Source of the DNA: a virus
Lineage: Duplodnaviria; Heunggongvirae; Uroviricota; Caudoviricetes
IMG/VR virus record: IMGVR_UViG_2728369130_000006
Span: 1 to 43,199 of that record
Reading direction: 5' to 3' (one strand)
Length of the DNA stretch: 43,199 nucleotides
Made by a program: the position numbers and the translations under genes. This document shows positions 16,716 to 26,995 of the stretch, in pieces (positions within the stretch are counted from its first letter, which is position 1; every line of letters begins with the position of its first letter). The notes under the pieces were generated by a model. That model worked only from the letters and a program-made list of their open reading frames with translations, made no database searches and was not told where the DNA came from.

Positions 16716-19700
16716 GTGATTGAACTTAGAGTAAAACCAACGAAGCGTATATTTTTTAATGATGAAACATTCTTTAGTATATATGGAGTTGAAGTTCATC
16801 CAGACTATTTAGAGTCTGGAGTCAAACTGAATAAGTATGGAAATATTTCAATTAAGGGAGTTATGCCCAATCTAAATTTACATGAGGAGTACACAGTTGT
16901 AGTGAAAGAAGACTCTTCTAGTAATTATAAAGGTAGCTATATCGTAGAATCTATTCAAAAAGACAAACCTAAAACAGTTGACGACCAAAAGGAGTTTTTG
17001 TCTACAATTCTAACTCAAAACCAAATTGAGAATATTTATAATGTTTACAAAGAAGATCAAGATGTTATTAGTCTGATTGAATCGGGTGAATTTGACTACA
17101 CCAAGGTAAAAGGCTTAGGAGAAAAGTCTTTTCAAAAGCTTCAAAAGAAAGTAATGGACAATATTGATATGAGTGAAGTTTTAGCTTTCTGTAATAAGTA
17201 TGGGATTAAATATAATATGATTGCTAAGCTAATCAAGGAATACAAAAACCCATCAATTGTCATTGATAAAATCAACTCCAATCCATATGTTTTAACAGAG
17301 GTGAAAGGTGTAGGATTTAAGAAGGCTGATGAAATTGCAAAAGCAGTTGGGTTTGATATGAAATCTGATCATAGGATAGATTCTTGTTTGAGATATATTA
17401 TTAGCGAAGAAAATGCTAATGGTCATTCGTGGATCAGTCGTAAACAACTCCTAAATAGAGCAATTGAGCTTTTAAATATCGATAAGAAAGATATTGAAAA
17501 TCGCCTAGATGGAAATGCAAAAGGTGTAAAAAATGTTGATGGAGAAAGGTTTACAAGAGATGTTGTTTTTGAGGCAGAAAATTACATAGCACAAAGAATG
17601 ATTCAGTTTAAAACAACTTCCAAACAACTATTCTCAAGAGAAGAATTAGATTCATTTTTAGATGAATATTGTCAAAATAACGATGTTGAGTTGGAAGATA
17701 ATCAAAGACAGTTTTTTTATGATTGGAATGAAAACAATATCTTATTATTAGTTGGTGGAGGAGGTATGGGTAAACAATTTGTTTAATAAATTTATACTAA
17801 AACCCCAAATCATTTGTTGAAATAAGGAGGTGAGATATATGGAAGCTAAAAAACTAAAAGCATATGAATTATTTGTCTATGGAATGTCTATAGCTAAAGC
17901 TTCTAAAGAAGTGGGTATAGATGAAAGGACACTTTCTAGATATTTGAAATCAAAAGGCGTTGATACAAAAAGAAACTCAAGAAAGCACATTTATGATGAG
18001 AGTTATTTCAAAATAATTGACACAGAAGAGAAAGCATACTGGTTAGGATTCATATATGCAGATGGTTGTGTTAGAGCCAATCAGGGCAATATGAAGAACA
18101 AAGGTTTAGGATTAGAAATAACACTACAGGAACTAGATAAAGAGCATTTGTTTAAATTTGCAAAATGTCTAAAGCTCGATGAAAGTGTTGTTAAGAAGAG
18201 GGCATCTAAGTCAAATGGGAAATGCTACAATTCATATCGTATCACATTGACATCAACAAAAATGTGTAATTACTTAATCAATAAAGGAGTTACTTTAAGA
18301 AAGTCTTTGACTTTAGAGTTTCCATCAACTGAAATAATCAATGAAGAACTACAACGTCACTTTATAAGAGGATATTTTGATGGAGATGGAAATATTGGGT
18401 TAAGAAATACACAAAGATATAAAAACTGTCCAAGGGTTACACTTTTAGGGACAGAAAATTTCCTTAACGATACAAAGAACTTATTTGAAGACATCTTGAA
18501 TGTTACAAATGTTAAACTTCAATTAAAACAAAACAATAAAGCATTCTCTTATCAAAAATCTGGAAATGATGCTAGAAAGATTTTAAGATATATGTATGAT
18601 GGGGCATCCATATATCTCGTTAGAAAGTATAAAATTTATGAACAAATATTTGCCGTCTTAGATAGAAATGTCTAAGATTATAATCGGGCAATATCGGTGA
18701 AAGCTGAAATGCTAATACCGAGATAACCTAAATAACTAAAGATATTTAGGTATCGTAGAGCATAGCAAGTGAACCTGTGAAAACAGAATATAATCTTGCC
18801 AAGAGTGTCCGACACCTTACCAAGTAATGTTGAAGGTGAAAATGTATGCCGAGCTTGCACGAATAACAAGTGTAAGAACTATTGGATAAAAAACCAATAG
18901 GATAACAAAACTGAAATCTTGGTTACAACGTATCCTCCTAGAACTTATCGATAAAAAAAATCTTACAACTGCCCTACTAGCACCAACAGGTAAGGCAAGT
19001 AAAGTTATGACTGGTTATACTGGAAGACAAGCTTCAACTATTCATCGTAAAACAGGAGTGTTTGGAGAGGATGAAAATGCAATAAATCCTATCACTGAGG
19101 ATGTTATCATTGTGGATGAAAGCTCTATGTGTGATGTTTTTATTTTGTCAAAACTCTTCAAATCAATTGAAAATGAGAATGCGCGAATTTTATTTGTGGG
19201 AGATGACTTTCAATTACCAAGTGTGGGGGTTGGAAACTTCTTATACGATTGCATTAATAGTTTAAGTATTAAAATTTCAAAGTTAAAGAAAGTCTTTAGA
19301 CAAGCGGATGGAGGGATTTTAGATATCTCCACCAAAGTTAGGAATGGTGAAATATTTCTTAACGAAGAAGCGGAAGGTCGTATCCAGTTTGGCAGAGACT
19401 GCGTATTTTGGCTGTCAGATCAAAAATATGTTCGCGATGGAGTAATTAAAAATTATAAAAATGTTTTAAAGAGATTTAGTCATGATGAAGTTGTTATCTT
19501 AACTCCAACAAATAAAGGAAAACTTGGGACAATAGAGCTTAATAAGGAAATTCAAAAAATTGCGAACCCTCCATCAGATAACAAGAAAGAGAAAACGGTA
19601 GGTAACAAAGATAACCAAGTAACATTTCGCGTGGGAGACTCAGTGATGAACACAGTGAATACATATAGAGTAGAAACCTCTGATGGTGGTTTGGCAGATG

Positions 19701-20140
19701 TGTTCAATGGTGACACAGGGACAATTGTAGATATTAATGAAGAAGAAAAGGTTTTTATCATTGATTTTGATGGCATTAAAGTTAAATTTAAATTCGGAGT
19801 AATTCTTACGAATATCGTTCATTCATGGGTTACTACAATTCACAAGTCTCAAGGTAGTCAATATAAAGTAGTTATAGTCATTATTGATAAATCATCAAAA
19901 TATCAATTAAATGCGAACCTAATTTATACTGGTTTTTCACGTGCTAAAGAATTTATGCTGGTTTTAGGACAATCAGAAGCAATTAATCATGGAATTAGAA
20001 AATTTGCAAATATGGAGAGAAGAAGCTTTTTGAAAGAGTGTCTTAGCGATTTTAATGAAGATAAAACTAAATTGTTTGTGTCTGAAAAAACAGTCGAAAA
20101 AGTTGAAGAAAATAGCGAAAACGAACTTTGCTATTTGTGA
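16716..20140 (+). CDS. recD2: RecD2-like SF1B helicase, two exons: join(16716..17771,18914..20140), ~760 aa
   Basis: Splicing restores Walker A GGGGMG|KSW; APTGKA, TIHR, DESSM, GDDFQLPSV, FRQA and TIHKSQGS motifs; HhH repeats in exon 1. Confidence 0.9.
17772..18913 (+). mobile_element. Group I intron (1142 nt) in the helicase Walker A codons
   Basis: 5' exon ends in U, intron ends in G; P3 TCGGGCA(18684)/TGTCCGA(18806), P4 AATATCGGTGAA..AATACCGAG, P7 GAGCATA(18758)/TATGCC(18845), P9 CTATTGG/CCAATAG. Confidence 0.9.
17830..18675 (+). CDS. Intron-encoded double-motif LAGLIDADG homing endonuclease with N-terminal HTH
   Basis: KAYWLGFIYADGCV and HFIRGYFDGDGNI motifs; AAGGAGG RBS. Confidence 0.9.
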   Translation: MRYMEAKKLKAYELFVYGMSIAKASKEVGIDERTLSRYLKSKGVDTKRNSRKHIYDESYFKIIDTEEKAYWLGFIYADGCVRANQGNMKNKGLGLEITLQELDKEHLFKFAKCLKLDESVVKKRASKSNGKCYNSYRITLTSTKMCNYLINKGVTLRKSLTLEFPSTEIINEELQRHFIRGYFDGDGNIGLRNTQRYKNCPRVTLLGTENFLNDTKNLFEDILNVTNVKLQLKQNNKAFSYQKSGNDARKILRYMYDGASIYLVRKYKIYEQIFAVLDRNV

Positions 20141-20196
20141 CTTTAATTTAATTAAACTAATTAATAATGATTAAATAGTTAAAGGTGGTTGTGTAA

Positions 20197-21426
20197 ATGA
20201 CTAAAATTAAAAAGTATGTGCGGATTAAGAGGGCGTATAGTAAAGGTGTCTGGTATGCAAACCAGATCGGGAGCGTCTTTCCTTCACTGGGAACATGGGA
20301 GAATGCATATAAAGTCAATAGTCCAGACAGGGCGTTGTATATTCGTCAAGAAGACGCCGAACTCATCGTCACAGAAAAGCGTCCGGCTGAGGTTGGCGAG
20401 CGTGTCTTGATTACGGAAAAACCAGTCCGTAAAGACTACGAAATTTATGAACCTGTGACAGTAGACAACGTTAATATTTACGGTGTTGAATCGTACAAGA
20501 ACGGTCGTCCAATATTCTTAAACCATTACGAATACGAAGTCATCGTCAGTAACGAAGTTAAAAACGAGGAGGCTGACGAAATGAATAAAATGTTAGTAGA
20601 TCAAGCGAAAACTGTGTTCGAAAGAAAGGACGACAAATATTTTGGGTATAAATCTCGATTGGGAGATATTGTCATCGGTGGGGCGTATTCTTATGCATTC
20701 GTTGTTCATTACGCAAAAACAAATGAGGATGTTGTTATTATTCCGGGCGATGTTAATGCAGTTACAACACCAGTTTGCACAACAGAAGAAGAACGTCTGT
20801 GGAAGCCAGAAAAGACCGCACAAGAACGCCGAGATGAAATCGTTGAGCGGGCGAAGGCAGATATCGAAAACCTTAAATATCGGACATTCTACGGAGAACT
20901 ACGATATTCTTACCACGGCATTGTTTGTAACGTAGAGTTCGTTGTTAATAAAGAGAAACGGACTGTTGTCGCTCTCCTTAAATCGGTAGGAGAGGGTGCA
21001 GTCAAGTCAAAAGGGATCGCCAAGGCCATGCCGGACGACTGCTTTAACATCCATATCGGAGAAGCCATCGCTCTCCATCGCGCACTTGGACTCAAAGTAC
21101 CTGACGAATATCTTAACGCACCGCAGCCGACTGAGGTTCGTGTGGGGGACGTTTTAACATTTCTCCAAAATGATGAGCTGTTCGATAAAATTCACTACAG
21201 AGTCAACTCTGTGGAAACATCCAAAGAAAATCTTACGATTATAAAAGATGAACTAACTAATGATGGGGTCGGACAAACAGCTAGTGCAGATTTGTCTGCG
21301 GTAAAAATGCATTATCACTTTAATTCAGTAAGTCCGACAAAAGAGAAGATTATACTATTAAAAGGTGCATTCAATACTTTTGTAAGTGAATTGATGATTA
21401 TCGATGATAGCAGAACGAATAGCTAA
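20197..21426 (+). CDS. Hypothetical Bacillus phage protein
   Basis: 409 aa after an operator core copy (20154-20169); C-terminal GIAKAMPDDCFNIHIGEAIALHRALG motif resembles other Firmicutes phage proteins. Confidence 0.7.
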   Translation: MTKIKKYVRIKRAYSKGVWYANQIGSVFPSLGTWENAYKVNSPDRALYIRQEDAELIVTEKRPAEVGERVLITEKPVRKDYEIYEPVTVDNVNIYGVESYKNGRPIFLNHYEYEVIVSNEVKNEEADEMNKMLVDQAKTVFERKDDKYFGYKSRLGDIVIGGAYSYAFVVHYAKTNEDVVIIPGDVNAVTTPVCTTEEERLWKPEKTAQERRDEIVERAKADIENLKYRTFYGELRYSYHGIVCNVEFVVNKEKRTVVALLKSVGEGAVKSKGIAKAMPDDCFNIHIGEAIALHRALGLKVPDEYLNAPQPTEVRVGDVLTFLQNDELFDKIHYRVNSVETSKENLTIIKDELTNDGVGQTASADLSAVKMHYHFNSVSPTKEKIILLKGAFNTFVSELMIIDDSRTNS

Positions 21427-21691
21427 TTTAATTTTAAAAGTAAAGCATAGGGATGGAATGTCAACTTTAAAACAGCATTAAGAAAATGGTGAAGAAATGA
21501 TTTTATTATTGTTAGCAGGTTTTTATTTATTATTAGGATTAGTCACTTATGCATATTGTGTATTCGTGACATATTGGTTTTAGGATTTTTGATTTTTCGG
21601 ATAGATGATACATATGTGGGAATCTGCAAGTATCCAAGGTGGCTTATGTTTTGGATATATTGGATTGTAAGTAAGGTGAAGGTGATTAAAG

Positions 21692-21982
21692 GTGTGGGAT
21701 GATATACTAACGTATCAAGCAGTAAGGTTTATTACTAAAGCAACAGAGGACGATGAAGATAAAATCTATGAAATGTTTGATCTCATTAAAGAAAGAATTA
21801 AAGATCACAAGATCGTTGTGGTTCTAGCTAAACAATGGAATAGATATAATGAGGAGAAACAGGCGGTATTTGCGGTTCATTTCGCAGGTATGTACAGGGC
21901 TAGTATGTTTATGGCTTTAATGGATTACTTGTCCTACAAGTATGAAAAACTAAAAAATGCTAAAAGTATTGACAAACCATGA
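21692..21982 (+). CDS. Hypothetical protein
   Basis: 96 aa ORF with an AAGGTG RBS. Confidence 0.55.
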   Translation: MWDDILTYQAVRFITKATEDDEDKIYEMFDLIKERIKDHKIVVVLAKQWNRYNEEKQAVFAVHFAGMYRASMFMALMDYLSYKYEKLKNAKSIDKP

Positions 21983-22046
21983 CAAAAGTTCTAAAATTAT
22001 CTTTGACAGAACAACCTGTCAAAGAAGTAAGCCCAAAAATGTAAAA

Positions 22047-22081
22047 GAAAAGAGAGACTTTAGTCGTGAGTCTCTCTTTTC
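22047..22081. terminator. Bidirectional terminator between convergent genes
   Basis: GAAAAGAGAGACT-TTAGTCGTG-AGTCTCTCTTTTC. Confidence 0.7.
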
Positions 22082-22109
22082 ATATTTAGGCGAGGTTTTA
22101 CTTAAAAAA

Positions 22110-22976
22110 TTATTTTGTTCCTCCGTAAATATTTCCGTTTACGGTTGATCCAACATATACTTCAACTGTTTTTGTTCTCAGAACTACTCCTCCCCATTTG
22201 AATCCTGCTATAGATTCAACTAGAAGGCGAGAGTAAACTTCTTTATATTTATACTTCCCTATGCTTGCATCTCTTTCTTTACCCATACCTTTTGATGTTA
22301 ATGTTAAAGTAGAACCCCAAAAGTGTTTTGAGTAATCTCCATCCTTACTGATTACAGAAACCTTTTTACCGTTATAGCTAAAGTTCCCTTCTGCCCATAC
22401 AGTGAAAAGTTTTGCTCCACCTAACCCATATCCAACTCCTGTTGTTCTTTCTTTTCCTGTAGCTAAAGCTATTTTATTTCTCTTAGACTGAGAAGATGGT
22501 GAACTTTTTTGCTCGATGATATTGATGTCTCCAGTTTCTCCTAAAAGGACTGCCACCTTACTGTTATCGTTTTCAAAATTAATTATCTCACCTAATGAAG
22601 ATAATTTTGGGTCAGTCATGAGGTTATTCAAGCTTAAAGTCTTTCCTTCGAGTTTATTATATTTGTTTACTTTATCAGGGAAAACGTCAAAGACAGATAG
22701 TTCTGGATTTTCAAGAGCTTTTGGAGCAGGATGTTTTTTGTAATGTTCTGATATCAGTTCTTCAATTTCTTCCAGAGAAGAATTACTCGGCAATTGTTTC
22801 AATTCAGACTCCAAAATAGGCATTTGGTTTTCAACATAATGTCTTATTTCTTGAATATCTTTTTGTCTATCTGTTTCACTAGCTGAGACTCCTGATGGAC
22901 TAAGTCCTAAAATACTTAAAGTAACTACAACTAATAAGAAAAGTGTCTTTTTCATTTTTCTCCTCCTAATTCTCAC
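22110..22976 (-). CDS. Secreted protein with Sec signal peptide
   Basis: MKKTLFLLVVVTLSILGLSPSGVSA signal; basic, beta-rich C-terminal domain. Confidence 0.75.
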   Translation of the reverse strand: MRIRRRKMKKTLFLLVVVTLSILGLSPSGVSASETDRQKDIQEIRHYVENQMPILESELKQLPSNSSLEEIEELISEHYKKHPAPKALENPELSVFDVFPDKVNKYNKLEGKTLSLNNLMTDPKLSSLGEIINFENDNSKVAVLLGETGDINIIEQKSSPSSQSKRNKIALATGKERTTGVGYGLGGAKLFTVWAEGNFSYNGKKVSVISKDGDYSKHFWGSTLTLTSKGMGKERDASIGKYKYKEVYSRLLVESIAGFKWGGVVLRTKTVEVYVGSTVNGNIYGGTK

Positions 22977-23008
22977 CCCGCCTACCTACCAATTCTATAC
23001 ATATAAGG

Positions 23009-23191
23009 TTATTCCTTCCCGTTTTTTAATTTTTTTAATTCGAATTTTATGGCGAAATATAAGCATAAAATCAAGGCAATAAATAATCCGATCCATATCG
23101 GCATGCCTAGAAATGGTAGATACTTTCCTACCAAAAATAAAACAAGCAATAATATAAGCAATATGCTTAAAAATCTTAAAATGAAGATCAA
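23009..23191 (-). CDS. Small two-TM membrane protein
   Basis: 60 aa with two hydrophobic helices; GGGGAG RBS; upstream of the secreted protein. Confidence 0.6.
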   Translation of the reverse strand: MIFILRFLSILLILLLVLFLVGKYLPFLGMPIWIGLFIALILCLYFAIKFELKKLKNGKE

Positions 23192-23353
23192 AATTTACTC
23201 CCCCTTGTCGTTTGGTATATCACATTCAAGATTAACATATTCGGCAACCCTGTTTAAAGACATTTCCAATAAATAGGATGAAATCACTAACAAATTTGTG
23301 AACATTCAAATAAAATATATTGTGTTTATTTGGATAATGAGGTAAAATAAACT

Positions 23354-23559
23354 TGATCAGTAATGATTCAATCATTACATGGATCACTTCCTATATTGCA
23401 GTCTCGGAGAGCATTGTGTTCTTGCAAGTGTTCAGATTGCGTCTGAATGATTGTGTGAAGGATTGCCGAGACATCCTTTTACACGCCAAAGGCCGAAGAT
23501 GTTTTTACATCATGCGGCCAGTCCCTTGATCTTACCGATTTTTATCGGTAAGATTTTTT
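23354..23559 (+). ncRNA. Structured RNA/leader upstream of the Pycsar operon, ending in an intrinsic terminator
   Basis: Promoter TTGTGT-17-TAAAAT (23320-23348), multiple hairpins, terminator ATCTTACCGAT-TTTT-ATCGGTAAGAT-TTTTT. Confidence 0.6.
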
Positions 23560-23588
23560 ACTGCTAATTTAGAATAGAGGTTGGAGCT

Positions 23589-24158
23589 TTGAGCGAAATC
23601 AACAAAGAGAATTTAATCAATCGTCTAGATAGACATTTAGACTGGATAAAAAGTTGCGACACTAAAGCTTCCATTGTTTTGGCGATAATTGGAGTGTTTT
23701 TAACTCTATTTTTGTCAGATCAGTCATTAAACATGTTAAAGGAAATATTTAAACAGATAGTTAACAATATTAATTTTTCGAACATCCTGTATTTAATTTT
23801 CTTTATTTTTTCTTGGTGTTTATTTATTTATGTCTCAAATTGTTTAGTTAAAGTTTTGATTCCTAGAGATAAAAAGATTTTAGAGGAAGAGGGTCTCTAT
23901 AAAGATTCTTTATATTATTTTGAAACCATATCAAATAACAGTTTTTTAGAGTTTAAAAGAAAAGTTACAATTAGAGATAAAGATAATGATAACGAATTAA
24001 GCGATATATTGTCTCAAATTTATGTAAACGCAAAGATATGTACAATTAAATATCGGTTCTTTAAAAAAGGTGTCAAATATTCATTTTTCGTCATTGTCAG
24101 CATCATATCAGTTTTTATGATAGGGGCTTTGCTTGTAAACATAGGGGGATTCAATTAA
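23589..24158 (+). CDS. pycTM: Pycsar transmembrane effector (DUF5706)
   Basis: HLDWIKSCDTKASIVLAIIG signature, 3 TM helices, C-terminal KYRFFKKGV; abuts the cyclase. Confidence 0.85.
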   Translation: MSEINKENLINRLDRHLDWIKSCDTKASIVLAIIGVFLTLFLSDQSLNMLKEIFKQIVNNINFSNILYLIFFIFSWCLFIYVSNCLVKVLIPRDKKILEEEGLYKDSLYYFETISNNSFLEFKRKVTIRDKDNDNELSDILSQIYVNAKICTIKYRFFKKGVKYSFFVIVSIISVFMIGALLVNIGGFN

Positions 24159-24911
24159 ATGAAACTTTTAGGATACGACTACAAAGAGAGAAAAAAGAAA
24201 GTAGAAGAGATACTTGATGGAACAGATGCGGTTAAAGAAGTGAAAAGATTCCCAAGGGATGAAGAATTTACATATACTAATGGCTATAAGGCATGGGCGG
24301 GAGCTATATTTGTAGATTTAAGAGATTCTACCTCTTTGTTTAAAGATAAGGAAGATGTAGATATAGCAAAAGTTATAAGAGGATTTACCTCTGAGATCAT
24401 TGAGATATTAAGAAAAGATGTGGATAATGATCTGAAAGAGATTGGAATACGTGGAGATTGTGTTTACGCTGTCTATTCAACTCCTCTAAAAACTGATCTA
24501 TGCGACATATTCGATAGAGCAGTTTATATAAATACATATATGTCGATGTTAAACGAATTATTAAAGGAGAGAGACTTACCAACAATTACAGCGGGGATTG
24601 GATTGAATGTATCGCGAACACTCTCCGTTAAAGCTGGAAGAAAATCATCTGCAATAAACAATTTAGTGTGGATTGGAAAATCTGTACCGATTGCCGCAAA
24701 ACTTTCTGATCTAGGAAATAAAGATGGAGTAAATCCTATTGTAATGTCAGGATTATTCTATGATAATATAAATGAATTAGAGAGAGCGAAAGAATTACTG
24801 ATTGATGAATTTAGCATGAAAACTCATGACAATTATGGATGCTATTATCATGGAAGTATTGTCATAAAGGGTTTTTCAGATTGGATTGCAAACGGAATGA
24901 AGGATGAATAA
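24159..24911 (+). CDS. pycC: Pycsar pyrimidine cyclase (class III nucleotide cyclase)
   Basis: IFVDLRDST and GIRGDCVYAVY metal-binding motifs, AGIG, KAG, VWIG; coupled to DUF5706. Confidence 0.85.
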   Translation: MKLLGYDYKERKKKVEEILDGTDAVKEVKRFPRDEEFTYTNGYKAWAGAIFVDLRDSTSLFKDKEDVDIAKVIRGFTSEIIEILRKDVDNDLKEIGIRGDCVYAVYSTPLKTDLCDIFDRAVYINTYMSMLNELLKERDLPTITAGIGLNVSRTLSVKAGRKSSAINNLVWIGKSVPIAAKLSDLGNKDGVNPIVMSGLFYDNINELERAKELLIDEFSMKTHDNYGCYYHGSIVIKGFSDWIANGMKDE

Positions 24912-24913
24912 AG

Positions 24914-24940
24914 TTAAAGCGCTAATATAGCGCTTTTTTA
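24914..24940 (+). terminator. Intrinsic terminator after pycC
   Basis: AAAGCGCTA-ATA-TAGCGCTTT-TTT. Confidence 0.7.
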
Positions 24941-25046
24941 TTGCTTTCAACACTGTGGAACGTTCGGTTATAATGGAATTGATGCACTTCTATGCAATGA
25001 TTGACCAATATAGATATTATTAATGCTTGCGAGAGGAGGAGTATGA

Positions 25047-26498
25047 ATGTCGAGAAATATAAAAAGCGCATTTCCCAAAAAGGCCATGATGAAAAATCAA
25101 ATAAAACAAAATAAAAAGAACAAAGATAAAAGAGAAGAAATAGAAAAAAATATTCAAGAAAAGATAAAGGAAGGTATGGTTAATAAAAATTTTGATTCAA
25201 ATGAAGAAATAGATCAAGAGGAAAACGATATTAAATATAAAGAGCTATATAAAGATGTAAAGAAAAATTTAAAAAATGCTGAAAAAGAGATTCAAAAGAA
25301 GTCTAAAGAGACATCACGATTAAGTTTGGACACCAAGGAAAAAGATAAAGAGATATCTAAACTTAAAAAGACTATTCATGAAATGAGTTCAGGATATGAT
25401 GGGTTGGAGAGAAAATTTAAAGAGCTTGAAAAGGAAAAGACAAACGTCGAAAGTTCTTTGAAAAACGAAATTTGTGAATTAGAGCTAAAGATCAAAGAGT
25501 TGAACAAAATACTTGAACATAGAAACATTGTTGAGGAGCGAAATGAAGAACGTTATAACAATCTAGAAAAGCGTTATGAAAAACTCAAGAAAAAACACGA
25601 AAATTTCGAAAAAATAGAAACCGTTCACAAAGATATCATTGAAAAAATGAAACAAAGCTTGACGAGAAAAAAATATGCAATTAAAAATCTAAAAACTGAG
25701 CTTAATGAAAAACTGGCTGAAATAGATGATTTGCAAGAAATGATAAGAAAAAATAAGGAAGCGGCAGAAGGGATTAGTCCTGAATTTATGTTGCAAACCT
25801 TTATTGACTCTGTAGATCGTTCAAATTTTCATAGATATGAACTTGCGTTTGAATTAACCCGTAAAATAAAGCAGATGCGCCAAATAAATGCAATCTCAAG
25901 AAAAAATGAAAGTCAGGGAGAAATGTATTACGAAGATAATAGATTATTTGGAAACGTGTTCTCTGATGAAAAGGGTTGTAAATTTATTGATATTAATGGG
26001 TTTGAATATAATGTAGATAATGATGATTATCTGAGGTATAAATATAAGAATGGATCATCTGTTTCGGCAGTTCCAGTTTCAGATTCGACTGTGAAAATTG
26101 TCTACATATATAAAGAGGAGTTTAAAAAAGAATTTGCAAGAGAGGCAGAGGTGTCTCATAGCACTAATAAAAGTAAAGTTGATCGATCAATTTATCATTA
26201 CATTGGTGACTTTAATGTATTAATTGTCTCATCAAGAAATGGTTTGAAATATAGAGACAGACTCCGATTGCATGGTTTGAAAGCAAACTGGATAGAAGGA
26301 TTCGAAAAAGAGAAACGTGCAAAAGAGTTAATGGAAAAGGCAGATGTGGTTATATTGTGCATTGATAGTGTGTCACATGCGTTTAGCGATTTTGCAAAAG
26401 ATCAGAATGATCCAAAGTACCAACTTATATATAATCATAATGAAGATAAGGTTGTATCTAGAGTCATATATGCGAAGCATGAACTTGGGCTAGGTTAA
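25047..26498 (+). CDS. Long coiled-coil protein with C-terminal DUF2325-like domain
   Basis: Lys/Glu-rich heptads in the N-terminal half; VLIVSS...KADVVILCIDSVSH resembles DUF2325. Confidence 0.7.
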   Translation: MSRNIKSAFPKKAMMKNQIKQNKKNKDKREEIEKNIQEKIKEGMVNKNFDSNEEIDQEENDIKYKELYKDVKKNLKNAEKEIQKKSKETSRLSLDTKEKDKEISKLKKTIHEMSSGYDGLERKFKELEKEKTNVESSLKNEICELELKIKELNKILEHRNIVEERNEERYNNLEKRYEKLKKKHENFEKIETVHKDIIEKMKQSLTRKKYAIKNLKTELNEKLAEIDDLQEMIRKNKEAAEGISPEFMLQTFIDSVDRSNFHRYELAFELTRKIKQMRQINAISRKNESQGEMYYEDNRLFGNVFSDEKGCKFIDINGFEYNVDNDDYLRYKYKNGSSVSAVPVSDSTVKIVYIYKEEFKKEFAREAEVSHSTNKSKVDRSIYHYIGDFNVLIVSSRNGLKYRDRLRLHGLKANWIEGFEKEKRAKELMEKADVVILCIDSVSHAFSDFAKDQNDPKYQLIYNHNEDKVVSRVIYAKHELGLG

Positions 26499-26553
26499 AA
26501 TTATATTCACATCCTAAAATCAATATTGTATGATATGCTTAAGAGGTGATTAG

Positions 26554-26787
26554 ATGGACTTTCATAAAATCAAAGGATATATTGGGATTTTAAATATTTG
26601 CTTTACTGTAGCGGGGATATATCTGGTGCTGTATTTAATACTATCAGGTAATCATATCTTTTTGCAGTCTTGGATTTTTTATTTTCTTGTTGGTAATACC
26701 ATTTTTAGTTTATTCATTATGTTGTTTAGCAATGATCTATTTTGGGAGCTTATTGATAAATTAAATAAAAAAGATAAACATAAGTGA
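26554..26787 (+). CDS. Small membrane protein
   Basis: 77 aa, two TM segments, GAGGTG RBS. Confidence 0.6.
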   Translation: MDFHKIKGYIGILNICFTVAGIYLVLYLILSGNHIFLQSWIFYFLVGNTIFSLFIMLFSNDLFWELIDKLNKKDKHK

Positions 26788-26789
26788 AC

Positions 26790-26945
26790 TTGACAACATT
26801 TGATATATCTCCTATAATATAGATAGCCTACCTGCCATGTGTAGGAAAGGAATCCGGTTTTCGTAATGCGATTACCGGTTTTTATTCAAAGTTGCTGTAC
26901 TAGAGGAATCCGTGAGTTGCTTGGCAATGAGCGGATTTTTTATTT
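26790..26945 (+). ncRNA. Promoter, short hairpin RNA and tandem terminators
   Basis: TTGACA-17-TATAAT; CCTAC/GTAGG hairpin; CCGGT..ACCGG-TTTTTT and AATCCG..CGGATT-TTTT terminators. Confidence 0.5.
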
Positions 26946-26995
26946 AGTCTGGTATTACAATCGGTGATGTACATAACCATAAAGGGGATGTCTAT

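Noticed and set aside
17772-18913. Intein interpretation of the helicase insertion
   Set aside because: The frame stops after GK-QFV, there is no Cys1 or His-Asn, and the endonuclease has its own RBS; a group I core is present
26885-26900. ACAGCAA on the minus strand near 26890
   Set aside because: No terminal AGRCRC/GYGYCT helix, so it is not a member of the Y-like family
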